Shown here: in pieces, positions 39,370 to 47,187 of the stretch
How positions within the stretch are numbered: the stretch's first letter is position 1
Layout of the letters: each line of letters begins with the position of its first letter
Assembly (NCBI GenBank): GCA_934754475.1
Contig: CAKVHV010000001.1
Span: 420,228 to 484,227, forward strand
DNA length: 64,000 nt
Direction of reading: 5' to 3'
From: an uncultured Clostridia bacterium
GTDB lineage: Bacteria; Bacillota; Clostridia; Christensenellales; UBA1242
The notes under the pieces: model-generated
The model's input: the letters and a program-made list of their open reading frames with translations, nothing else
Database searches by the model: none
Told to the model about the DNA's origin: nothing
Position numbers and translations under genes: made by a program

Positions 39370-40389
39370 TTATTTCTCAGATTTTCTAATTTCAACCGCA
39401 TGACAAATCCCCGGAATAGTATCCCCTTGTTGACTACTAAGAGTACTAAGCAATGCTCCAGTTGCGGCAAATAATACACGTTTATACTTGCCTTCATTCA
39501 TTTTTTGCATAACATAGGAATTTAGTATAACAGCACTACATCCAGCACCGCTTCCGCCTTGATAACTTTTTTGGTTATTATTAAATATCATTTGCCCGCA
39601 GTCATTATAGTTACTTTTGAGTTTATACCCCTTGTTTTCCATCAAGTCCATAAGAATTTCACTTCCAAGTTTTCCCAAGTCACCAGTTAATATCAAATCA
39701 TAATCATCGGGAGTTGTTTTTGTGTCTTCAAAGTGAGCAATCAGCGTACTCATAGCCGCTGGAGCCATTGCTGCACCCATATTGTTTACATCATTTATCC
39801 CAAAATCGGTCACTTTTCCAAACGTTGCATTAACAATTTCTTTGTCACCACCTTTGTCTCCAAGGATAGTACAACCAGACCCAGTTACAGTCCATTGACT
39901 TACTGGCGGACGTTGGTTTCCTAGTTCCAAAGGAAATCTATATTGTCTTTCAGCACTACTAAAGTGACTACCTGTCGCACATGCAACTTTGGAAACATAA
40001 CCCGCATTAATCAGTGCCGACCCGACCGACAAAGTTTCCGCCATTGTGCTACAAGCCCCGTACAAACCCAGGAAAGGAATATCCAATTCTCTAGCGGTAA
40101 AACTCGAAGAGATTATCTGATTAAGCAAGTCACCACATACAAGCAAATCCAAATCTTTGCTATCCAGCCCCGCATTATTTATCGCATTAATAACCGCATG
40201 TTCAAGCATTTTTCTTTCTGCCTTTTCAAAGGTTTTTTCGCCAAATAAATCGTTTTTTAAAACATAATCAAAGTAATCTTTGAAATTACTATTACCTTCT
40301 TTCTGTCCAACAATCGTATAATTTCCGATTATTTTTGGTGCATTTTTAAAGTATATTGTCTGATTTCTTTTTTTCATATAATCACCCAT
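39370..40389 (-). CDS. spoVAD: Stage V sporulation protein AD (thiolase-fold)
   Basis: 339 aa. GQKEGNSNF..FGEKTFEKAERKM..GLYGACSTMAE..ATGSHFSSAERQYRFPLELG are typical of SpoVAD. Confidence 0.9.
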   Translation of the reverse strand: MGDYMKKRNQTIYFKNAPKIIGNYTIVGQKEGNSNFKDYFDYVLKNDLFGEKTFEKAERKMLEHAVINAINNAGLDSKDLDLLVCGDLLNQIISSSFTARELDIPFLGLYGACSTMAETLSVGSALINAGYVSKVACATGSHFSSAERQYRFPLELGNQRPPVSQWTVTGSGCTILGDKGGDKEIVNATFGKVTDFGINDVNNMGAAMAPAAMSTLIAHFEDTKTTPDDYDLILTGDLGKLGSEILMDLMENKGYKLKSNYNDCGQMIFNNNQKSYQGGSGAGCSAVILNSYVMQKMNEGKYKRVLFAATGALLSTLSSQQGDTIPGICHAVEIRKSEK

Positions 40390-40579
40390 TAAATTTATTA
40401 CTAGTCACTCAAAGTTCAAATGCAATCTAAATTAGTACTGGATATATAAATACCAAATATATAAAATTTAAATACCATTATTTAAAGTAAACACTTTAAA
40501 AAAGTATTAATAACAAAAATCCATTTTAACTTTCATAGCGACTGAACTTATCTTAATTCAATCTAAGATTTTGAGAAAA

Positions 40580-41026
40580 TCACAAAAACAAATAAATAAT
40601 TCCCACAATTACAGATATTGCAAGACCATTTACAATTACTGGACCTGCCACTGTAAACATCTTAACACAAAGCCCAAAGATTATACCTTCTTTTTTAAAC
40701 TCCATAGCAGGACTGGTTATAGAATTAGAAAATCCAGTGATTGGAACAATTGAACCCGCTCCAGCAAAAACACCAATTCTATCATAAACACCGATTGCAG
40801 TAAGAAAACTAGCAAGGAAGATAAGAATAATTAACATCCATGCTCCAGCACTTTCAACACTCATAGTTGGAAAAATCGCAAGCAAAGCATCCTGAATCCC
40901 TTGACCTATCATACAGATAAGCCCACCTACCAAATAAGCATAAATCAGTGTCGGAAAATTTTTTGTCTGTGGTTTCTTAGCATCGACGTATTCATTATAT
41001 TTTTTGTTTCTTAATTTCGCATCCAT
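40580..41026 (-). CDS. spoVAC: Stage V sporulation protein AC
   Basis: 148 aa. YAYLVGGLICMIGQGI..GAGSIVPITGFSNSI are typical of SpoVAC. Confidence 0.9.
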   Translation of the reverse strand: MDAKLRNKKYNEYVDAKKPQTKNFPTLIYAYLVGGLICMIGQGIQDALLAIFPTMSVESAGAWMLIILIFLASFLTAIGVYDRIGVFAGAGSIVPITGFSNSITSPAMEFKKEGIIFGLCVKMFTVAGPVIVNGLAISVIVGIIYLFL

Positions 41027-41158
41027 TACACTTCTCCATAATTAAACATATTTAAATATTTCACAAAAAAAAATTTTTAAACAAATTTTAAATAAAAAAT
41101 AAATAATTTTTAATTTTCTTCGCAAAATACAATTAATAAAAAATTTTAGGAGATAAAC

Positions 41159-43804
41159 ATGAAAAAAACATTTATTATAATTACTAGTTTGCTACTCATT
41201 TGTGTGATGTTAATTGGATGCAATTCAACCGACGCAACTATTCAAGCTAGTAAGGAATTAAATAAAAACTTAAACTTATTATATAATACCGTTAATAGAC
41301 TAGACACTGTTGACAATGAATATCTTGTTAGCAATGATATTTATGAATTAAACAAAATTAACGCAAGCAATGTGCCATCACCAAACAAAACCAGAACAAG
41401 AGTTTTGGCAAAGAGTAATTTAAATGAACCACAAGTTAGTTATACAACCATACAAGAAATTCCAGATAGTTTGCAAGACACAAAGGTTAAACTAACTTCA
41501 ACTGAAGATTTAAAAGCCGACGAAATCAGTCTGAAGGACGACTTAACTCAAGCACTCAAAAATGAACTTATTAATAGACTATATTGTGACAGCAACGGAA
41601 ATTGTAAGCTTTGCAAAAACAAATATACGTGTTCAGACAATGGTGTATGCAATAGCTGTAATCAAACAGTAATCTGCGATAGCAATGGAAACTGTACTTC
41701 ATGCAAAAACACTTTGGTATTGGATAACAACAATAATTGTTCATCTTGCAAAAAATCTTGTGTAACAACTACTCCAAATACAAATCTTAATTCTCAAACA
41801 AAAAGTTGTTTGCAAAAAATTTCAGCTAACAATCAAAAGTTAGATGTCGAATTATTATCTACAAATAATAACGATTTAGTTGTTAAAAATGATAGCGACA
41901 AAGTTGACACATTGACTGATACAAATATTAATATTCATGACACAAACAATAATGTTATTGACAATAACACTATAGTAAAAAACAATAATGTAAATAATAT
42001 TGACACAAACAATACAGATAACAATATTACAAATTATGATAATAATACTATTAAAAACACAATAGATTTGCCTAAAGAAGAAATAATTGTTACTACAGAT
42101 TCTACTGACACATCAAACAATGTAGACAATCAGATTATAACTAAAACCGAAAGGCCAGTAGTAATTAGCGATTCAAATCTTTCAAATTCAGACAACACAA
42201 TGAACAATAACTCAACAGATACTGATGTTGTTTTAGATGATAGTACTAATAACAAAAATACTAATACAGATAGCATTGTTAGATTTGAACCATACAAAGT
42301 TATCTATTATAGTGAAAGTTCATTTACTCCAGATTTACTAAAATACAATCCTAGATTTATAAATTCAATTAATTATGATAGTGCAAATAATACACTTAGC
42401 AAATATGTAGAAAAACTCCAAAAGTTGTATACAATGACCGCTGATGTAGTCGAAGCAAACAACACTTTGGCAAACTACAAAGTTGTAATACTTGAAAATA
42501 TTCATGATGCCAAAGAATTAAACGAATGTGTCCTAAATGGAAATTGCACACCAAATGCAAATCAAGTATCCGCTCTTAATAATTACATTGAAGACATCAA
42601 AACAACAATTAAAAATCTAAGAAATACTAATGGTACTCTTACAAATGAAATTAACAAAATTTCATCAAACAACACAGGACTTGCACAAAGCATAGATATT
42701 GCAAATAGCAATTATCTAAAAATCCTAAATCAAATTGACACTAGAATTTCTTATCACGAAAATGCAATTGCAACTTTGGAACAAATTAAATATTTGTTGC
42801 AAGATGCACAAAACAATAATGGTGTAACAGTTGTAGAAAACTTGAATAACAACACAAATGTTACAACTGACATTAATCGTTCTAATGATACACTTGACAA
42901 CACAAAAGTTGAAACTATTATTGACGACAAAAATATTATAGTTGAAGACAATAGCAATATAACCCCTGTTACTCCAAACAATGATGTTAAAAAAGAAGAA
43001 AAAGTAACAACTACAAATGAATTAGTTGAAGTTGAAAAAACTATAGACGAAAATGGCAACGTTGTTGTTGACAAAAAAATTATCACACCCGATAATTCAA
43101 TTATAACAAACATTGAAGAAGATAATAACGAAATTATAACAAACAACGATAGTCTAAACGATAGCACTATCGTCAAAGAAACAATAGTCACTGAAAATAA
43201 TGATAATTTAAATTCAAACGAAGAATTTAATAACGATAGTTTTCTTGATAAAAAAACTTTTAGTAATGTCGACACATATAATCAAAATCTAAAAAATGTT
43301 GATACTTACAAAAAGGAAGTAGTTTTAAACGACGCAACTAATCAAGTTCAAGAAAACAACGATAATATTGTAATTAACGATAATATCGACACAAATAACA
43401 ATTCAGAAATTGTGAATAATAATGATAATCTAAATACAACAAATGAAGCAGTTACAGACAACAACGACACAATCATTAATCCAAATAACACTCCACAAAT
43501 GGTAGATAATACTAATAACTTTGGTGTTACTGGAAACAATTATAACAACGGACTAAACAATGGTTACAACAATACAATTATTAGTCAAAATAATCTAGAC
43601 AACAACGACCTTGGAAATAATAGTTATAGATATGACGGAAATGGCTCATTATACAACAACACAAATGGTTATAATAATGGTGCTATCAACAACGTTAATG
43701 AAAGAAATAACAATGTTAACACCTACAAATATAACACACTAATAGATAGTATTAATCGTGGAACAGTAAATAACGGCATCAATACTCTCAAAGTTTCTGC
43801 ATAA
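41159..43804 (+). CDS. Asn-rich lipoprotein with a triple Cys-repeat and a central helical region; function unknown
   Basis: Signal peptide with lipobox (LLLICVMLIGC). AGGAG RBS. 881-aa open frame in AT-rich DNA. Long N/D/T low-complexity tracts. Confidence 0.6.
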   Translation: MKKTFIIITSLLLICVMLIGCNSTDATIQASKELNKNLNLLYNTVNRLDTVDNEYLVSNDIYELNKINASNVPSPNKTRTRVLAKSNLNEPQVSYTTIQEIPDSLQDTKVKLTSTEDLKADEISLKDDLTQALKNELINRLYCDSNGNCKLCKNKYTCSDNGVCNSCNQTVICDSNGNCTSCKNTLVLDNNNNCSSCKKSCVTTTPNTNLNSQTKSCLQKISANNQKLDVELLSTNNNDLVVKNDSDKVDTLTDTNINIHDTNNNVIDNNTIVKNNNVNNIDTNNTDNNITNYDNNTIKNTIDLPKEEIIVTTDSTDTSNNVDNQIITKTERPVVISDSNLSNSDNTMNNNSTDTDVVLDDSTNNKNTNTDSIVRFEPYKVIYYSESSFTPDLLKYNPRFINSINYDSANNTLSKYVEKLQKLYTMTADVVEANNTLANYKVVILENIHDAKELNECVLNGNCTPNANQVSALNNYIEDIKTTIKNLRNTNGTLTNEINKISSNNTGLAQSIDIANSNYLKILNQIDTRISYHENAIATLEQIKYLLQDAQNNNGVTVVENLNNNTNVTTDINRSNDTLDNTKVETIIDDKNIIVEDNSNITPVTPNNDVKKEEKVTTTNELVEVEKTIDENGNVVVDKKIITPDNSIITNIEEDNNEIITNNDSLNDSTIVKETIVTENNDNLNSNEEFNNDSFLDKKTFSNVDTYNQNLKNVDTYKKEVVLNDATNQVQENNDNIVINDNIDTNNNSEIVNNNDNLNTTNEAVTDNNDTIINPNNTPQMVDNTNNFGVTGNNYNNGLNNGYNNTIISQNNLDNNDLGNNSYRYDGNGSLYNNTNGYNNGAINNVNERNNNVNTYKYNTLIDSINRGTVNNGINTLKVSA

Positions 43805-43810
43805 AAATTT

Positions 43811-43860
43811 AAAAAAAGACCTACAAATCAAGTTTTAATTTGAATTGTTGGTCTATTTTT
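43811..43860. terminator. Bidirectional terminator between the lipoprotein gene and sigF
   Basis: Imperfect 15-bp stem agacctacaaatcaa/ttgaattgttggtct (2 mismatches), flanked by an A-run and a T-run. Confidence 0.55.
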
Positions 43861-44582
43861 TATGTCAATTTATCTTTTAACTTAGCCAAAATCTTGCTTT
43901 CTAGCCTACTTACTTGCACTTGAGAAACACCAAGTTCGAGTGCTATATCTTTTTGAGTTTTATCTCTAAAATATCTAAGGATTATAATCTTTTTTTCTCT
44001 AACTGGCAATTCTTTGATAATTTTGTATAATAGTTCATTATCTAGTTGACTATCTATTGGCTTGTCGTCTTCAATTTTGTCTATCAAATATTGTTCTTTT
44101 CCATTTTCATCTCCCACTAGTGAATACAAAGAAATTGGCTTGATTGAACTATCCATAGCATAAACCACTTCTGTATCCGGGATTCCAAATTGTTTGGCAA
44201 TTTCGGAAGTTGTTGGAGTTTTATGATTCTTTGAAATATATTCTTCAATAAATCTATTTATGTGAAGATTAAGTTGCTTTGTACTACGCGAAACCTTGAT
44301 AATTCCATTATCTCTTATAAACCTTTTGATTTCACCAGCAATCATTGGAACAGCATATGTTGAAAATTTTACACCAAAACTTTCATCAAAGTTACTAATC
44401 GCTTTCAAAAATCCCAAGCTTCCCAACTGATACAAATCGTCAAATTCAATCCCTTTGCCCATGTACTTTTTTATTACACTCTTAATAAGCGGAGAATTTT
44501 CGGTGATTAAAGTTTCTTTGGCTTTTTCATCACCATTTTTTGCAAGAACAATAAGACTATTTGTCGTCTCTAAATCCAGCAT
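43860..44582 (-). CDS. sigF: RNA polymerase sporulation sigma factor SigF
   Basis: 240 aa. Sigma-70 regions 2 to 4 (DLYQLGSLGFLKAISNFD, FSTYAVPMIAGEIKRFIRD, QKDIALELGVSQVQVSRLE). Third gene after spoIIAA-spoIIAB. Confidence 0.9.
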   Translation of the reverse strand: MLDLETTNSLIVLAKNGDEKAKETLITENSPLIKSVIKKYMGKGIEFDDLYQLGSLGFLKAISNFDESFGVKFSTYAVPMIAGEIKRFIRDNGIIKVSRSTKQLNLHINRFIEEYISKNHKTPTTSEIAKQFGIPDTEVVYAMDSSIKPISLYSLVGDENGKEQYLIDKIEDDKPIDSQLDNELLYKIIKELPVREKKIIILRYFRDKTQKDIALELGVSQVQVSRLESKILAKLKDKLT

Positions 44583-44591
44583 ATTATCTCC

Positions 44592-45017
44592 TTATTTCTT
44601 TATATTTTTGATAAGTGTAACCTTAGTACCTTTTCCAAAAGATGATTTAACATCCATTTTGTCCATAAAACCTTCCATAACAGTAAATCCCATTCCACTA
44701 CGTTCTTTGTCAGGCTTTGTTGTAAAAAATGGTGTTAATGCTTTTTCCACATCATCAATACCTTTGCCAGTATCAATAATCTCTATTTTTACATGGTCTG
44801 GATATATCTCACAATCAATTTCAATTTCACCCATAGTTCCGTCATAACCATGAACAATAGCATTAGTAACCCCTTCGCTTACAGCAGTTTTTATGTCTGA
44901 GATTTCTTCGACATCAAACGGAATATTAGAACAAAAACTAGCCACCGCCAGCCTTGCAAAACTTTCATTCTCACCTTTTGACCAAAATTTTAAATTCATT
45001 TTATTTATTATTTCCAT
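44592..45017 (-). CDS. spoIIAB: Anti-sigma F factor / serine kinase SpoIIAB
   Basis: 141 aa. HATPase_c motifs EGVTNAIVHGY, DTGKGI and GMGFTVME. Confidence 0.9.
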   Translation of the reverse strand: MEIINKMNLKFWSKGENESFARLAVASFCSNIPFDVEEISDIKTAVSEGVTNAIVHGYDGTMGEIEIDCEIYPDHVKIEIIDTGKGIDDVEKALTPFFTTKPDKERSGMGFTVMEGFMDKMDVKSSFGKGTKVTLIKNIKK

Positions 45018-45029
45018 AATTTCTCTCCA

Positions 45030-45338
45030 TTAAGATATTTTGGGCATTATTTCAAAAATACCCGACATTCTAAATATTTTATCAACCGTATTTGTGGGAT
45101 TACTTATATAAATATTTTTATTTTTGTTTTTTAGATATTTATATCTTCCAATAAGCACCCCAATTCCCGTACTATCCATAAAATTAAGCTCTGACATATC
45201 AAAAACAACATCGTCATAATTATACTTACGCAGAGCATCATCAAGAATCTGCCTAACAAAACTCGCACTACAATCATCAAGCTCGCCTATTAGCATGACT
45301 CTTAATGTCCCATTACTCAAACTAAACTTAACATCCAT
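45030..45338 (-). CDS. spoIIAA: Anti-sigma F factor antagonist SpoIIAA (STAS domain)
   Basis: 102 aa. LRVMLIGELDDCSA..FMDSTGIGVLIGRYK, including the phosphorylatable Ser in DSTGIG. Confidence 0.9.
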   Translation of the reverse strand: MDVKFSLSNGTLRVMLIGELDDCSASFVRQILDDALRKYNYDDVVFDMSELNFMDSTGIGVLIGRYKYLKNKNKNIYISNPTNTVDKIFRMSGIFEIMPKIS

Positions 45339-45498
45339 ATCATTCTCCTATAATACTTAAAACAAAAAGCAATTAACTAATTTTGCTTTAATTATTTTAA
45401 CACCTATAACATTGCAAAAAATTAGAACATAACTCACATAGTTTGTTTTTTTGTAGAAAAAATTTTTGTTAGATAATTTAGCAATTGAAATTATTTAC

Positions 45499-45549
45499 AA
45501 AAAAAAGACCTTATCATGAAGTGATTTAGTTTATCACTACATGATAAGG
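45499..45549 (-). terminator. Rho-independent terminator (minus strand) downstream of the structured-RNA candidate
   Basis: 17-bp stem with one mismatch (45509-25 / 45533-49), followed on the minus strand by T8 (plus-strand A-run 45499-45506). Confidence 0.7.
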
Positions 45550-45550
45550 C

Positions 45551-45691
45551 ACTTAACAATATTAATATTGAATTAGTATAGTAACCATATTTGTCGGGTG
45601 GCAGTGCAACTGACGGGTCCCCGACTACCCTTGATGGTTCATATGGCGTTAGCCATTGCATGCACTAGCATGCAGAATCCATCCCAAGCAC
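45551..45691. ncRNA. Unassigned G+C-enriched structured RNA candidate bracketed by two terminators
   Basis: Markedly more G+C than its surroundings. Hairpins tgcatgc-acta-gcatgca (45656-73), atggc-gtta-gccat (45643-56) and gtcggg..cccgac (45593-98 / 45619-24), plus aaccat/atggtt. No ORF. I could not match it to SRP, 6S, tmRNA or a riboswitch by eye. Confidence 0.35.
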
Positions 45692-45720
45692 AAAAAAATG
45701 ACCTTTGATAGGTCATTTTT
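45692..45720. terminator. Bidirectional terminator immediately after tRNA-Tyr
   Basis: Perfect 9-bp stem aaatgacct/aggtcattt with an A-run upstream and a T-run downstream. It abuts the tRNA-Tyr CCA end at 45721. Confidence 0.75.
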
Positions 45721-45805
45721 TGGTGGGAGGGGATGGATTCGAACCATCGAAGTCTGAGACGACGGATTTACAGTCCGTTGCATTTGACCGCTCTGCAACC
45801 CTCCC
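45721..45805 (-). tRNA. tRNA-Tyr (anticodon GTA), long variable arm, CCA encoded
   Basis: Reverse complement is GGGAGGGTTGCAGAGCGGTCAAATGCAACGGACTGTAAATCCGTCGTCTCAGACTTCGATGGTTCGAATCCATCCCCTCCCACCA. Confidence 0.92.
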
Positions 45806-45808
45806 GCA

Positions 45809-45883
45809 TGGAGCTGGTGATAGGAATCGAACCTACAACCTGCTGATTACAAGTCAGCTGCTCTACCGTTGAGCCACACCAGC
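45809..45883 (-). tRNA. tRNA-Thr (anticodon TGT)
   Basis: Reverse complement is GCTGGTGTGGCTCAACGGTAGAGCAGCTGACTTGTAATCAGCAGGTTGTAGGTTCGATTCCTATCACCAGCTCCA. Only 3 nt separate it from tRNA-Tyr. Confidence 0.92.
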
Positions 45884-45944
45884 ATATACAGTGTTGCCTC
45901 GCTATAGTTTCGGTAGACTATAGGGAAAACAACATAAATTAATA

Positions 45945-46020
45945 TGGTGCCTTGGGGCGGAATCGAACCACCGACACAAGGATTTTCAGTCCTCCGCTCT
46001 ACCGACTGAGCTACCGAGGC
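45945..46020 (-). tRNA. tRNA-Phe (anticodon GAA)
   Basis: Reverse complement is GCCTCGGTAGCTCAGTCGGTAGAGCGGAGGACTGAAAATCCTTGTGTCGGTGGTTCGATTCCGCCCCAAGGCACCA. Confidence 0.92.
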
Positions 46021-46030
46021 ATACATATAA

Positions 46031-46107
46031 TGGCGACCTGGATGGGACTCGAACCCACGACCTCTAGCGTGACAGGCTAGCGTTCTAACCAGCTGAACTA
46101 CCAGGCC
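46031..46107 (-). tRNA. tRNA-Asp (anticodon GTC)
   Basis: Reverse complement is GGCCTGGTAGTTCAGCTGGTTAGAACGCTAGCCTGTCACGCTAGAGGTCGTGGGTTCGAGTCCCATCCAGGTCGCCA. Confidence 0.92.
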
Positions 46108-46139
46108 AAATATAAATATATATGTTAAGGGGAGAAAAG

Positions 46140-46216
46140 TGGTGGGCCTTCAGGGACTTGAACCCCGGACAAACCGGTTATGAGCCGGTTGCTCTAACCA
46201 ACTGAGCTAAAGGCCC
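46140..46216 (-). tRNA. tRNA with anticodon CAT; the body resembles tRNA-Ile2 (lysidine type) more than elongator or initiator Met
   Basis: Reverse complement is GGGCCTTTAGCTCAGTTGGTTAGAGCAACCGGCTCATAACCGGTTTGTCCGGGGTTCAAGTCCCTGAAGGCCCACCA. The GGxCCTTTAGCTCAGTTGGTTAGAGC 5' half is Ile-like. Confidence 0.85.
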
Positions 46217-46230
46217 ATTATAAGTAATAA

Positions 46231-46307
46231 TGGTCGGGGTGAAGAGACTCGAACTCCCGGCCCCTTGATCCCAAATCAAGTGCGCTACCAAACTGCGCTA
46301 CACCCCG
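46231..46307 (-). tRNA. tRNA-Pro (anticodon TGG)
   Basis: Reverse complement is CGGGGTGTAGCGCAGTTTGGTAGCGCACTTGATTTGGGATCAAGGGGCCGGGAGTTCGAGTCTCTTCACCCCGACCA. Confidence 0.92.
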
Positions 46308-46336
46308 TTACTCACTTTCAAACGATTAACAAACTA

Positions 46337-46365
46337 ATTTTACTATAAAATAATATGATTGTCAA
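46337..46365 (-). promoter_or_regulatory. Strong sigma-A promoter of the six-tRNA operon
   Basis: Minus strand reads TTGACA (46360-65), exactly 17 nt, TAAAAT (46337-42), about 30 nt upstream of tRNA-Pro. Confidence 0.7.
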
Positions 46366-46512
46366 CAATTTTGTTAAAAAATAATAAAATTTTTTTGTAT
46401 GTCTCAAGTGAGTTTCATTTGTTAAATATATTTGAATTTAATTGATTAAATCGGTTTTTTATATTTAAATTATGAAGTAAACCTACTTTTTTGTAAGTTT
46501 ACTTCACGATTA

Positions 46513-47187
46513 TTATTTGGCTTTTTTAGACTTTTTAATCTGCTTTAATTCTTTTTTGTATTCTTTATAATCTATTTTGTATTGTTTGATAGAAATATTC
46601 TTTAGATACATTATCTTGTCTTGCAAAACTTGTGATGCTTTATCAAGAAGTTCTTTGTCCATTTTTTTGTCTTTGAATTCGGACATCTCAGATAGTTTAA
46701 ATGGTCTTCCAATTAGATATGTATTAAATACAAATGGCATGGTTATTTTTCTAAAATAAGTTGGCACTATATAACTATCTGTTTTGAGTGCAAACATCAC
46801 AGCACCATTTTTGACATCCATCGCTTCGGCATTCTTGACTCTTGTGCCTTCTGGAAACAAAAGTAGCGTCTTATTTGCCTTGAGAAGTTTGAGTGTATAT
46901 TTGATAGCATTTATATCGTTTCCACCCCTATCCACTGGATAAGCACCATACTTTTTGAGAATTAATCCGCCAAGTTTACATTTAAACAAAGATTTTTTAG
47001 CCATTATTTTGGCATTTGGCACAACACGCGCTTTCAAAATCACAGCATCATTATTAGTTTGATGATTGGCACAAACTATTTTTGATTGTCCTTTTGTAAT
47101 CTTGAAATACTTTCTGCCCATAACTCTAAGCGGAAACAACAAAAACACAAAAGGCACTGCTATTATCCAACAAATCCAATAAAACAT
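46513..47187 (-). CDS. plsC: 1-acyl-sn-glycerol-3-phosphate acyltransferase
   Basis: HX4D motif (CANHQTNNDAVIL) and the FPEGTR motif. N-terminal TM. Confidence 0.85.
   Translation of the reverse strand: MFYWICWIIAVPFVFLLFPLRVMGRKYFKITKGQSKIVCANHQTNNDAVILKARVVPNAKIMAKKSLFKCKLGGLILKKYGAYPVDRGGNDINAIKYTLKLLKANKTLLLFPEGTRVKNAEAMDVKNGAVMFALKTDSYIVPTYFRKITMPFVFNTYLIGRPFKLSEMSEFKDKKMDKELLDKASQVLQDKIMYLKNISIKQYKIDYKEYKKELKQIKKSKKAK

Noticed and set aside
41027-41158. Sigma-G or sigma-F promoter upstream of spoVAC, and a sigma-H/Spo0A site upstream of spoIIAA (45339-45498).
   Set aside because: I could not find convincing matches to the consensus hexamers by eye in these extremely AT-rich regions. 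Calling them would be guesswork.
33311-43539. Antisense or alternative-frame ORFs inside rny, thiI, the cysteine desulfurase gene, spoVAD/AE and the lipoprotein gene, for example 33311..33751+, 34194..34604+, 37246..37677+ and 42754..43275-.
   Set aside because: Each lies fully within a gene with clear family motifs on the opposite strand or in another frame. Their low-complexity S/F/L-rich translations are typical of antisense K/E/N-rich coding sequence.
45551-45691. Assigning the G+C-rich segment to SRP RNA, 6S RNA, tmRNA or a riboswitch.
   Set aside because: I saw none of the signature motifs I can recall: the SRP domain IV GGAAGCAGC-type loop, the tmRNA tRNA-like ends and tag ORF, or the common riboswitch cores. 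No downstream gene fits a riboswitch either. It is left unassigned.
46471-46510. Hairpin gaagtaaac...gtttacttc after plsC as a rho-independent terminator.
   Set aside because: The stem is good, but on the minus strand it is not followed by a clear T-run and the loop is long. It is not reported as a feature.
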